DNA of 64,000 nucleotides from Klebsormidium nitens (taxonomy: Eukaryota; Plantae; Klebsormidiophyceae), in the NCBI GenBank assembly GCA_000708835.1, contig DF237253.1:1-64000 (forward strand), read 5' to 3'. Positions 47,271-61,000 of this stretch are shown piece after piece (position 1 is the stretch's first letter; each line of letters starts with the position of its first letter). The notes under the pieces were generated by a model. The model ran no database searches and was not told the DNA's origin. It worked only from the letters and a program-made list of their open reading frames with translations. The translations under genes and the position numbers were made by a program.

Positions 47271-50233
47271 TTAAATCTTTGTACTATAAGCGCGAAATAA
47301 GTAAGTATACTGCACACCCCTTGCCAGCAGGGGATGAGTCCGGTCCATGGTTGACTGATCTTCATGGACGGTTCCCCCTCGAACTCTGCCTTCCGCTAGC
47401 ATCATTTCTAGTCCTGGTTCATTAGGCTTGATGAGGCCATCTGACCCTAGTGGACAGCCACAATATATCAATCTGAACAACCTAATCCTTTTTCAAAATT
47501 GTTGGAATTGGTCCATTGTCCCTTTCACACAAAGCTGCCCCTCTGTGATGATATGGAAGGACTCGATGCTTTCCCAGCCGTTCCCTATGTCAACAGACAC
47601 GTCACAGAATTTCTCTCCGCCCCAGAAGGAGAACTCTTTCAAGCCTCGGAGCGACGAAAGTCCGGTGATGTTCATGAACCCGTCTTTCGCTTCCCTTGTT
47701 GACTCTATGTGAACCGACTCCAGTTTTGAGCCGCATTGTTGAAGAATTCTCAGATCCTCCCCGGATTCTAAGTCGATCGATTGGAGGTTTTTGAGGGAAC
47801 GGACAGAGGGAGGTATTGTGCCAAGAAAGACAAGCTCCTCGACGCTTGGGATGTTTGCTAGCCGGTGGAGTCCAAGTATGCTGGAGTAGGTTGAATCCTG
47901 GACCACCAAACGTCCTAGAGACACGGTCTGCAAGTATGAAGAGGGATACCCAATATAACCCGCCATCAAAACTCGTTGAGCCGGTAATGTACATTGGCAT
48001 AGGTTTGTTCGTTCTGACCTTAGATTCCCAGACAAACGCACGTCATGTTCTGAAAGTTGAACACTGAGGTGCGGAAGTATGCCATGCCAGACCTTCTTCA
48101 AGATTCAATCATGATATAGTGCCACGCATTACACAAAGCTGCACGTTGCGGACCGAAGAGCATTTGAAGAGATCGAGTCCTCACTTGGAGGCTGTGCAGA
48201 TTCGGTAACCAAAGGGGAACGTTGAGCAACCATGCCCCGCCTATTCTCAGTTCCGTTAGGTTTTCAAGGAGACCGATTGGATCGAGGTCCTTCACTCCGC
48301 AAGAGTGCCTTTGGGAGAGGCCGAGATGCAAAACCTGTCAGGAAATAAGCTAGGCTTAACGAGGAATTAACAGTTCCTCCTGATTGAAGTGACAACAAGT
48401 GAGTATTACGTGCTCGCTGCAAGAGGATAGCTGCACGAAGCGGAAGCTTTTTCCAAGCGCGGTAATCCGGCTGCGATTCGTCCTTTACGACCACTTTTTC
48501 TATTACTGTCTACCTCGAGCCAGTACAGAATCTTTGCGAACAATCTCGTTCGGTATCATTGGGCTTGGGTCGACACACGTCAGTCTTGGTCGACTGATTG
48601 AGAAAAGGGTACAAATAGAGGAGAGAAGTCAAAGCCCGTGGACGAAGGTATACTTGAGAAAGGAAAGGTGCAAAGCACAACAACAAAATGGGGACCGAAA
48701 GAAAAAGTGAAGAGGTTATAATTTGGGATCGTGTCATACCTTCAATTGTGTGAGGTTTGCCAGTCGTTTGAAGCCTGGGAAAGTTGAGCACGTTGAATAT
48801 TGGGAAAGGAAGGCTTCCTTCAAGGACCCGGGAAGGTAATCAAAGTTGGTTTGGGTCTCCTCATCTCCGAAAGCAAGAGAGACGACTTGCAAGTGATCTG
48901 CTTTGCTCAACCACTTTAGGGCGTCTTGTCCAACCTGGGCGACCTGCAAGAAGAAAGTTGCACTTCAGGTCAGATGACGATATTGCCAGCAATAGGTCAG
49001 GATTCATTTGATGCAACCCAGCCCTTTGCATCAGCTGCACCTCATGACTGCAGCGTTCAACGACATATGTTCCGAGAGAAAGAAACAACTTCGAAGACTT
49101 CCGAGAGAAAGAAACAACTTCGAAGACTTCAAGTCACGCATACAATACTGAGAGATTGCCAATACGGTCACGAATGTTGACCTGTCAACACCAATGCTGG
49201 ACCCACTATATAACGCCCACTCGTGCAGAACCAACTGAATCGGATTTAAGTCGGGCTTCTGGCAACAGCCCGTAGATTAATTGCTAAAAGGCTTGCTCGG
49301 ATCATTCATTTTTGCTGCTCGGAGCGATTGAAGTTCCTTGCCTTCATTCTGACGAAATCAACCTTCTTCAGCTGACGTGCTTGAGGCAAAACCTGAGCGA
49401 GTTGCTCAACCGTGAGAAGAGGCGCACAGTTGAGCGTCTTTCGGAACGCCAGGCCTTCACAATCCTGAGGCTCTTCAAGCTACTCCAATGCCGCTTGAAG
49501 TACTGCATGAATCCGTCGTTATATGGGCAAAAGCTCTCCTCTTCCGGAATCATGGAGTCGTTCGTGGGAAGGAAGAGGAACACAGTAAGCTCCGGCCAAT
49601 TGCACTGGTCCCGAACCAGGTCCCGCCAGGACTTGCAAGCAAGGCTGCAAAATATCGAGAAAGCACATTCTCAAAAACGCAAGTGTTGCGAATTAAGGGT
49701 GAAAGGTTCAGATGCAACTTCAATGCATTGCTTCTTTACAAGTCTACCAGTCAGCAGATTACTAGTCCTCCCAAAAAGCACGTGGGTCTGATCATCTCAG
49801 AAACAAGGGCATCTTCACAGAACACTGACAATGGTTTCGTGAAAAAATGGAGCAGCTATGCAATCAGCACATGCAGGCAGAGTGAGGCAATGTCAAATAT
49901 ATGGAATTCTCTCCATCAGGATTCAGCACACAGCTTGGAGCCCGGAGTATACTTGGTCAACTCCTTGCTACACCAGATCACGATGCAGGCTATTGGTGAG
50001 TCGATCGTCAGATAAGTTGGAGATGGTAGAAGCTTGCGTGATTCTCATGGAGCCAATGGTAAGGGGAGCCGATGGTAAGGGGTGGCAAAATGTTCTTACC
50101 TGCACCTTGAAAGACCCTGAGCCCTTCTAATACACTCACTGCCAACTTGCAAACCGAGGCCTCTTGCATCTGAGGCGCTGCTGATGATTCTCGCTTGCAA
50201 ATCTTCAGGCAAGTCAAGGACTGAAAAAGCCAT
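47271..50233 (-). CDS. Multi-exon F-box/LRR protein; exon boundaries and 3' end approximate
   Basis: ATG at 50233 gives MAFSVLDLPEDLQARII (F-box-like). Downstream exons carry LRR patterns (LKSLRI, LANLTQLKV, LENLTELRI, LPNLHSLQV, LKNLQSIDL). Confidence 0.6.
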
Positions 50234-52009
50234 GCTGCTCGGCTTCTGTGAAACTTCTAATTTGCAAATGCAAGTCTGCAATCCGGCTTGAATTGCGAAA
50301 CTCCACCAGGATCCTGGCCCGCCAGCCCCGCCGCCAGCTAAACTATTGAACTCTCAACAGAAAAGCGCATTAACCTACTATCAATCGGACGACGAAGGTC
50401 TCTGCAAACACGCCAGGAAGTCTTTCAAGATTCACTGCCTATAGATGCAGGCATCCGCATCTATAGGCGGCTTGCACGGCGCCCGCACGGCGCAACGCGG
50501 CCGCGCTTATTGGTCCCAGGTAGGAGCCCTAAGGGTTTCTGGGTTTGGCCATACGCCGCGATTATGCTGCCCCCGAAACCCGCGCGCGCGCTGCTGCTTT
50601 CTCAAGAGATTTCGCCAGGGGGGGGGTGCTCTTTCCCCGGTTGGGACCCCTGATTTGTTGTTTATCTTCATAGGCCAGGGGGAATGCTCACATGAATCAA
50701 ATGCAGATTGCAGCCTGCGCCTTTTCACCAAGCCTCCATTGCACCAAAAGCCAGCGCTTGCGGTATAAGATGTGGACGGCTTCTGTCTTTCAAGGCATCT
50801 GGATTGATGCATCATCTTGGTAGGTATGTGGTTGGCATCTCTTTCTTTCGCAGCCGGGGTTCATGCGATTTACTTTGTAAAGAGCAAAGGAATGCTCAAG
50901 GTGCCTTTCAGGCAAGGAACCAGTCCTCTCCTAAACTTGTGGATCACAAGTCTGAAAGGTTCCGTAGTGTGCCCTCCTTTGTTCTCTACCTAGGACGGAT
51001 GAGACTTCTTGGACCTTGTTGATGTAGCTCTGTTTAGAAGAGGATGGATAGCTTTGTCTGCGGGCACTGCAAGCGGGAGCAGAATCTGGAGGATGCCGGG
51101 GGCTCAGGGGTCTGCACTTGCACAAATTGTGGAGCATTATTGCAAGGTAAATTACTTGAGACTTCATTGCAGCCTTTGCGTCTTCATTGGCTCTATTGAT
51201 GCCCGCTGAGTGGTAAAGTTCTCCGCGTGCAGACACAATGCACTTGAAACCTGAAGAAAGACTCATTGTCCAGAGTGTCATATTGGTTCTATTGTGAGAC
51301 CCCAACAGGAGAACCTCTCAACTCTTCTGTCCAGCATCTTACCTGAGCAAAAAGTAAAACTTTTAGCTGGACTTTGTGAGTCATGTAAAAGCAAGTCCAA
51401 GGAATGGGTGAAAGTGCCCTTTCTTGAGTGTACTGCAATTGCCTTGCTACTATTAGATCTGATAGCTACTGCAGGTTGCCTCCTTGGAACGCACCGCTCA
51501 ATCTTAACCAATTTCCTGCTTGAAAGCATGGATAGTTGAATGCACTCACGTGTTCATAGAAGGTTTCTTTTTTGTAGTATCCGAGTGCCGTTAAGCACTG
51601 CAGCCGTCTTGGGTTTCTCCCAAGTCATTTGCAGTCTGCACACTGTTGCCAGGTATCAAACATCTGTGGTCGACCTTGGGGAATCCTTCTTAGTAGCTGG
51701 ACGATCTTCGACGCCTGATCTCAGAATTTTCACGACTTGTGAGATCAGCATGCTTCTTTGAACTTGCGATGCTTCGAGTTTTCCACACCACTTAGGACAG
51801 TGCCGGAATAGTCACCTCATTCCCCATCGAATCAGGTTCTGTGTAGAGAAGACTGGGCCTCTCAGAGTGGTACCAATCTATTGCTCATGCCAGGAGGGAC
51901 GCATTGATAGCTGAGGAACTTCCTGCGCAACGCTATTTTGCTCCTTTTGTGCTCCTATTTTCAACGCCAATGTTTGCTTCAACCACTTAGCCTTTTGCTT
52001 GGCCCCTAG

Positions 52010-55000
52010 CCTTGTGCAATCCAAGTCTGGTTGTTCTCTTCCGGTGAACGCCCGACTCATTGAGAAGACAGCTCGAAGAGTGCAAACTGCCGATCTTGCT
52101 CGCTTCCTTGCAGTGCCCAGTCTCCAAGTTCTCTACCGCTCGGCCCTTCCTCCCGTCGCTCAAATCCTGGAGGCCCCAAAACCCGGGTCTCCTTCCATCC
52201 CCCCAACAACAAGTCCTAAGCACACGGGTGACACTGCGGAAAACAGGGCCTCCCAGTCTGGGGTGGTATCAAGTCGCCCGGTCCCGCTTCAGCCTAGGTC
52301 TGCCGCGCCCCAGAGCGTCGACAGGCGGCTTCAGGAGGAGATGGAAGCTTATCAGCCCAAGGCTACACACTCCCTTTCGCGGAGCAGTTTGTTTGCAAAC
52401 GCCCCCACAAGTCCAATCCGCGCCAACAGTGTGAAGACTGTTGACATCTCTGGGGGTTCTCTTTTGCGAGCGCCTCTGGGCCGGGGGGTGCAAAACGTGG
52501 GTATTTCGGGGGACTCCGTTTCACCGAAATCTCCAGAGGGGCAGGAGAGAACGTCGCTAAGCAGCCCTGAAACAACGTCAGTCAGCCTCTCCTTCGGACC
52601 GAAGCTTCTCCTGCTCCCCGGAAGCGGAAGAGCTTCCATACCCCCCTCAACGATGGAAAAGCCCGCCGCTGATGTCACAGGGGGGGCTCAAGAAGTGGTC
52701 TCTGCTGCGGGTTCGCCTAGCTGTGAATCAGTTGGGCCAACATCCGGCGCTGGGATCGTTTCCCACCGACGAGCTCCGTCCACCGATTCGGACGGGTCTT
52801 CCGCTTCTTCCAGGAGACTGCGGGCCTTCTCTGCGAAACCGGTGACGGAGTCAGACCTCCCCCCTGGAGTGAACATCTATGTTGCGCAACCGGTTGTTCC
52901 TGACGGGAGCGAGGACGACATGCCGGAGTTCTGGGCCAAGCCTGCAGAACCCCCCCCAGGTCCACAGGGAAACCTTCCCCCCGGAACACACGTTTTTATC
53001 GCGCAGCCGTATGTCCCTGGGAAAACCGAGGACAAGGCTACTGAGGGCAGACCCGCAAATCCTGCACCCCCCCTTGATTCTTGGTCCAAATCCCCCCCCA
53101 GCACAAACTCCATTGAACCGTCCCCGTATGCCTCCAGTCAATACACAGACACGGCGCGAGAGACGGGCCCCCCAGAGCCTGCCCCCCCGTTTGATCAGCT
53201 GGTAGAGCTCCCCCCTGCAGCGAGCGTCTATGGTGCGCAACCCTTGGTCGACAACAAGGAGAAGACGCTGGAGGCTTGGGTGAAACCTGCAGCTCCCGAC
53301 CCTGGTTTCCAGGCAAACTCCGACCCTGGTTCCTCGTTAAACCCTGACCCAGGTATCTGGACACATACTGACGCAGGTTTCCAGGCAAGCTCTGACCCCT
53401 GGAGCGAAGTAGGGGCGGAGAAGGTTTGGGAGGGCGACGTGCTCCGGATTTCGGGTGCCAGCGGTGCGAAGGCGAAGAGCAAAGAGGAGCCGGCAAAACC
53501 TCCCTTTCAAGCTGCCCATGTTCCTGTGGGACCCATAAGCCCCCCGGAGCGAGACTCGCAGCTTGAAACCCAAAGAACGCCCCCCATCTTTGACGAGCCA
53601 CAAGTGCCACCCGAAACGGAGATTCCAATCGGGACTGACAGAGCGGAGCCCGTTGTGCCGCTAAGCCTCCGGCGAGTGAACTTAGGCCGTAACTCGGGGG
53701 GGGAGGATTCAGGCGTCCCGACCACCCCCCCAACGGGATCCGGCGCCCCTACAGTGAGCCCCACAATCCAGAGAGCGATGCTCGAGTATCAGAAGATGAA
53801 GGCGCTTTTAATGGGGGGTAAAAGCAAGTCCGATCCGCCGAGGGGGGTTCAGGATACCACAGCATCGGACCGGGGGGGGTCGGAAGCCGAAGAGGGGGCA
53901 GGGTCTGATCAGGAAGTGTTTGAGGAAATTGATTTGGACGAGGGGGGTGGGTCTAAGGCGGAAGCGGAAGCGGGGGGCTTTAAGTCGGGGCTGAAAAAGT
54001 GGGCGTCTGGAATGGAGGGACTCTTGCGTGGGGTGTCGGTTGGAAAGGGTTCCGACAAGAGTGATACAGACCAGAGTCAGGATGATCTACGCGGAGGGGG
54101 GGTCCTTAAGAAAGCGGGTTCGTGGGGGTGGGAAGAGGAGCGAGCGGTCGGTTCAGACAGCCTGCCTGTTGCAGAAAAAAAGAGTGTAAGCAAAGAGGGG
54201 GAGAATCAAACGACGATTGAGAGGGGAGAGTCGACGGTTGGAGAAGGAAAGAGTGTGCGGAAAGCGGGGGAGGATCGGACAACCATCGAGGAGGGAGGCT
54301 CGGTCGGAAGGACGGGGAGGGGGGCAGAGATACTTGTTCCCAAAGGAGTGGAAATCGCGATCGGTGAAGCGAAAGCACGGAGCGATGTCCCGGCACCTAT
54401 TAGGAGGGCAGTTTCGGAACCGGTGGCTTTGGAAGGGGGGGGTCCTGGAAGCAGCAGTCTGAGGGGGGTGGGCAGACAAGCTAGCTCAGGAAATATGATC
54501 GGTGAGGAGAAGAGTTTCAAGCAGGTAGGGACCGGAGCCAACAGCGGCAGAAACCTCGTCGCAATGGGGGGGTCCGGAAGCGGGAGTTTCAGGGGGGGGG
54601 CGGAGGTGAGCCGCAGTGGGAATTACGGCAGCACCAGCAGCTTGGGTGCGTGGAGCGATGACTCGGAGTGTGAATACGTTCGCACGGTGGAAAGAGTTCC
54701 GTTGGAAGAAGGGGGGTATGTGATTCGGGCTGTGATGAAGAAGGTTCCAAGAAGCGGACAATCATCGCCGCATCCCGGCGGGAGCCGGGGCGCAAGTCCG
54801 GAACCCGCTGGAGACAACCGGCAGAGTGACGTGGCACCCGCTGCGAAAGGTCTGCAAAGTGACGTTGCACCCGCCGAGAGAGCTTCGCGGAGTGAGGTGG
54901 CTCCCGTTGAGAAAAGTGGGCGGAGTGACGTCACATCTGCTGGCAAAGGGTCGGGGAATACGGTCGCACCTTCTCGGGGAGGCTTGGGAAGTGACGTGGC

Positions 55001-58000
55001 ACCTGCCGGCAAAGGGTTCCGGAGTGACGTGGCACCGTCAGGGCAGGGCTTGAGCGGGGAGGAGGGACTTCCGATTGGCGTGAGGGAGGATACGGAGAAC
55101 CGGCAGTCACCGGGCGTAGTAAGAGACGGCGTGGGAACTAGAGAGGGGCCAGAGCCCAGCGGAAGGGTCTCAGAACGGGACGGGGCAAGTCGGAAAGTTT
55201 CGAGGGATCGGAAGCATTCAGAACCCAAGCAATCAGAACCGGAAGCGAAACTAGAAGGGACTGTTAGGGCTTCGGCAGGTGCAGAGTCCAACAGCGGGAT
55301 TGTGGAGACGAGTAGCAGTGTGGAGAAACTTTTGGAGAGGGACGGACTGTCCGGAGTGGTATCTGGGGCTGGAGAGGGAGTGAAGAATTCGGATAACGGA
55401 GTGGTCCCGAAACGGCAGGGGGACTTTGCAGACGGAGAAGGAAATGCGGAAAAGGAAACGGCCAAGGCTGAGTCGTTTCTCCCCACGACAAACCTAAGAA
55501 ACCAGTCGTTGGAGGACAAAACTCTTGTTCGTGGGGGTTCGCAGCCGGCTCATAAAACGGGCACACTGACCACTGACGACCCCCTTAGGACGGGGCCAGA
55601 GCGCACAGCCAGTGCGCCCCTTACGGAGTCCGTGACGTCAGCGGAAGCGAAGATTGCGTCATCCAGGCGGCCGGGAAAGTTTCCCGGGCTGTCACGGATT
55701 GCGGTTCCGCCCCCAGCGGAGCGGACGGAACCTTCCGCCGAGACGCCGAAAGTGATGTCAGCGAGAACGAAGACGGTGCGGCCGGAGATGCGGACCGGTG
55801 CGCCTAGTGCAGCGGAAGCGGGTACTACAGCGTCCCCAGGTAAGGAAATTTTGGCTTGTCACGCTTGTTGGATTCGCTCCTTTTTCAAAAACATTGGTTC
55901 TGATACATCATTTTCCTTGATTATTTTGTAAATTAGAGGAAGACATTGGGTTCTGACCTCAGGTTTTCTTTCGGGCTAGCTTGCGCTCGTGAGCGGTTGA
56001 AGCGATCACCGCTCTGGAGTTGCTCAATACAGTTTCTTTGTGAACGGAGTCGTTCGGATAACGACGAGGTTCAAGAAGAGCTGCGTTATCCTCAAAGTGC
56101 GTGCGAGACCTAGTGCATGATACTATTTCAACCCGTTCAAGTGTCTTACCAGGATTTACATCAAAGTCAATCTGCTTCCGAGACATGCGGGGTGTTAAAG
56201 CCTGTTCCATCAACGCCGTTTATGTTGATTTTTTTCTTATCGACACTCTCTCTTTTTGGTGCTCAAAACCTTCGAACCTGCTTTCTTCCATTTCCTGACT
56301 TTACAAGGCTCCAAACGATTGTGTGTAGATGTCACGTTACGTTTTTCCTGCGAGAAGAACGTATTACGGGCATCCTCCTGGATGATGCGTCGCACCTTCT
56401 GTACGTTGTTCTGTAGTGCTGACATAAGCAACCTGTTAATCTCCCTCCAGTTGTGACAACCGTTCCGTTGAAGTCCGACTCTCAACGGATCCACGGACCT
56501 GCCTTCGCCGTCTCCAAGCCTCCACCTCTCCCTAACCTAGCCCCTAACCTGGGAGCCTCGGCACCCCTACCACCCTCAAGAACGCAACCTGTCTTCTCTG
56601 ATAACGCCGGACGCTTTCCTCAGAAGACCGCCGCCATCTCTTCCCCCTCCGGCGCTTTCCCTCACGGCGATCTATACCCCTTCATCGGCTACGCCGGCGA
56701 ACCCGATCTCAAACCTGCCTCTAACCTGCCGCTAAACCCGCCCGCTAACCCGCTTCCTAACCCCGCCCAAACGGAGAGCAAACCTTTGGATGGGCCCCCT
56801 GTGTTTCCAGTGCGTCAGACACCCCCTTCGTCGCCAAAGCTGTCAATAAGCCCTCCGACTGACCACGTTCCCTGGACCGAAAAGGCCCTCAGCCCGACTG
56901 CTTCCGCCGAACTCCCCGTAACCAAGCTGGAGATCAAACCCCTACCGGCGGATAATAGCAAGGCGCTACAAACCTCTGGTTCTATTCTTCCAATTTTCGG
57001 AGGGGCACAGACGTCGGGTGTGAATGCGCCTTTGGACACCGCCTCAGGGCCTCCGTTGGAGCGTGCCGGTAGCAGTGGGGGCGCATTTACATCAGAGGGC
57101 CCTAAAAGGAGCGTGCGAAGTCGGCGGACGCCCTCCCGCACAAGCTCGCAGGAGATGACGTCACCGGAGTCAAGCGAGCCCAGCTCTCCTGCCCACCGGC
57201 GCTCGTCTGACAAAGCCCGGGCTGGTGTCAATACCCCCCCAAAGTTTCCCAGGGACTCCTCCGAAGGAGCCACCAGGTTCGCGAGCGTTCCTGGGCCCCC
57301 GGGTACGAATGCGGAGCGGAGAGGGAACGTTCTGACGTCAGCACAGCAAAGCGTCAGCAAAAGTGACCGGAAGCTTGCGAAAGGGACCTGGGCTCTCGGG
57401 GGCGCGGAGCTCGGGCCCCCGGGCGAGCACACGTTTTCGATGTGGTTGGACGAGGATAAAAAGCCGCCGGGATCGGCGAAGCGGGGGAGAGATGCGTCGG
57501 ATTCTGGGGCTGCCTCGACGAGAGGTTCAGCAAAGCCAGTAAGGAACACACCCGCACCTGGGGCAGGCTACCGGGGGACGGTGGGAAAGGGCCCCAATGA
57601 AACCGGGGACTCTAGCCCGGGGCCCAAAGTGCACGGCCGGACTGACTCGGACCTCTCCGTTCGGACGTCCGAGTTCGAGGGGGGAATCTCGTCATTTGCG
57701 GGCAGCGAGACCAGCTTCGACTCCCCCCCCCACTCGCCTGAGCCGAAGCTGCCGGAATTCCACCCCCCCGAAAAGTTTGCGGCGTTGTTTGAGGGTCAGA
57801 CAAATCAATCGGGGGGGCCGTCCAAGCCCCCTCGGAGCTCGCCAACCAGAGGCTCCCCGCCGCCGGGGTGGCCGTTCCCGTTGGTCGCCCAACCGCTACC
57901 GTCGGGCGCCCCACCAATACCACCATTTATCAAAGACCCCTCGTTCGGTGACGTACTCAAAGAGAGACGGGCTCTGAGTCCAGAACCGTCGGAAGAGCAG

Positions 58001-61000
58001 GAGAGGGCAACTAGGGAGGAGAGCGTTCCTTCGAACCTTCAATTCTGGCCATCGTGAGTGCCTTGATCTGTCTGTGTTTGTTTCTCGTAGTATACCCGAT
58101 CAAGGTTTCTCCGTTTTGTTCCCCGCTTTTCATGAGCAACTTGCTCAGCGTCTAATGCTTTCCTTTGCTTGTGGGCTCATCTATATTTGTGTTGCCCTCG
58201 GGATGGCTGCAATCTTGGTCTTAACCTAAGGCCCAAGATTAAAGGCAAGAGCCCAGATGGTCAAACCCAAGACCGAGTGCAAAAAGGGCAATGGGCATCG
58301 ACGTTGAACATCTGCTGATCCGCCTGCCTCTCGTGATTGTTTGAGAGTCAAAAGTCTGCCAGTCATCCTCATAGCATCGCATATTGTAATTACTTCCGAG
58401 CCACGTTTTATCTCCGCTATCGTTTTGTAGGTCCATTCCTAGCCACCATGGCTCTCCTGACTATCAACATGCGTGTCCGCTCTAATCAATCCACGGGTCC
58501 AGGAGCCCAAGTGGTTCGCTCTGGTCCCCAAATAGTGACTAGGCTCATTGATGTATGCATTTTCTGTCGCCCCCTTTGAACGCCCACGTCCAACCTTGCA
58601 GGAACGGACCCCCCCAAAACGACGTCCCCACTCCTCCCATGCCAGGGCGGCCGTTGGCTCGTCCCCCGCTCCGCGCCTCCGAACCTAACCCCACAAACCC
58701 TCAGCAATCGTACAACCCGCTCGTTCACCCCCCTGGTTTTCAACCCGCGGCCCTCATCATTCCTAACCCTGGGTTTACCCAACCCGGTCCGAGAAGTCAG
58801 AGCTTCGCTTCCCAAAGCTCGACTCCCAGCCCTGATGTGCCCCCTGGTTATCGACCGGGTTTAGCGGAACCCTACTCCGGAAGCCCTGGGGTTAGAGACC
58901 CCGGTTTCAGAAACCCGCAGCTGAGCTTCGGGTCACAGAGCTCGGGGAATCAGTCACAGAATCCGGGTTATGCTAACCCGGACCTTAACCGGCAGGATTC
59001 GTACGCTCGGAGTTTCGGGTCTCACAGTTCCGGCCTGGGGCAGAGTCCTGCTGCGATAGGAGGAACGCGGATGCAGTCGCAGGAGTCCATACGACGGAAA
59101 GGGCTGTGTTCGATGTGCGGGCAGAAGTCAAACAAGAAAGTGCAGGTAAGCGAAGCTCTGGAACACTTTGAATCTGCGTCGGTTGAGCGTCAGAGCCTGA
59201 GACTTTGGGTCTTGAAGAAGCTGGGCGTTCTGAGGACTGTTTCGTCGTGTGAAGGGTTATGAGGCGTTTCTTTGGTCTAAAGCTGTCCAGCCGTTGAGCC
59301 TTTTTGGCTCACAATTGCTCAAAGGGTTACACTGATCAGACTTCGGAGTTTGTGTCAAGGATAGACATGTCGGGTGAACACCTTGGTCGTTCCGAGGGAT
59401 ATTTGATTTCAAACAGTCACTCCGACGCATCTTGTGTTCATCAGATTTTATGTGTGGCACATTCCAGGAAGGACGATCCTCTGGAGCCAACAGATTGTGA
59501 CCATCAGACTGCCTGTGCCCATCGAAAAGTCGCACGCTTTAAAAGATTGCTTGAACCCAATGTCCTTGTTTCAAGGCATATTTTTCATGTCGGACCGCTC
59601 TCCTAAAAGGCAACTCGGTTGTTTCGGCTGGTTTGGGTGGGTTCGAATGCGGAGCGCATCATTGTTTGGCTTAGCATTTTCAGTTTGTTCTTACCCAGCG
59701 GAATGAACTCATGATTCATGCTGCACACTATTCATAGATTCAAGACTCACCGAATTCTTCTTTGATTGCGCAGTGCCTTGTATGCAACAAGAAGTACTGC
59801 GAGAGGTGTGTGGAACGCGCCATGGGATTCATGCCCGAGGGGCGGAAGTGCGTTGGTAAGCACACGTGTCCACTCTACGTTCGTTCATTGTTGTTTAAGA
59901 CAGCTCGTTGAGCCGGGAACAAGCGGGGTCGGTCTAGAGGTTTTGCGGGGGCATAGCGTGCGGCATGATCATTTCCGGGCATGGAACTGCCTCAGTGCGA
60001 ACAGATACAAACCAAGGTAGCCTTACCCAAACAGAGAGTTGAGACTCATCGGGTAAGAGCGTGGTTTGCTGACCACATACTGCACATCTGAAGCATCCTG
60101 TTCAGATCTAGGGCTTATGAGGGCTGCCCGGTAGGCAAAGCCCACCCGGCCATACTTCAGGCGTCCAGGAATTCTCTTTCCTTTCTCCTGCGGTTTTGCT
60201 TCCATGAAGCTCTTTCTGATTTTGGTCACAGTCGATACAAATCAGAAGAACTACTCTGTTTTCGTAGAATTGAGTTGCGTGAAAAATGACGTTTTGACGA
60301 CGCAAAACGGCCCTACCTCAAGCCGCCAAAGTTTTTTCTTTGCGGTTCGTCATCTGTAAGCCATCTCTTTCATCGATACTTGCTCCAACCATAGGATCAA
60401 CTCAAAATACCATCTCTTGTTGATTCGATTGATCCAAGTCAATCGATAGATGCATGGCTTCTCCATATCAGGGAACTCCCGATCGACAACGCGGACTGTC
60501 TCCAACTCAGGCCACACCGTTTCTCTATCTCTCCTCTCGTCTCGTCTCCTCCCTTCCATGAGCCAACTCATCGAATGATCACACTCAACTCCAGTCACAA
60601 AGCAATTCTTGTACTCTTATTGGAGTTCTGTGGGGTTAGATCGTGACGAAACAAATCGGCCCCAATTCGGAGGCTCGGACAGCACCTCCTTCTCGCTTCC
60701 CTCTTATCTTACAACTCCTCGGTCCTAGCAACCGAAAATTAACGATCGCGATGCTAAAGAGTACGGTGTGTGCTGCCCGTTTTCAGGCCGTGCCGGGATG
60801 CCTAACCACAAACCGAATCGGCCCCACCTTGTCTGCGACTCTCACTCCATCTTTTTGAATAGGTCACAACCAACTCGACTTTCAGATCGACTCTTGTGTT
60901 CTCATTTCTAGGCTGCGTGAAATTAAGTGTTGACAAAGCAACCAGCCGCACCTCAAGCCACCATTCGTCTCTTTCCTTCACGGCCTTTCCCCTGAAAGCC

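Noticed and set aside
52060-57977. Numerous long antisense or alternative-frame ORFs
   Set aside because: Expected shadows of GC-rich long exons of the XLG-like gene.
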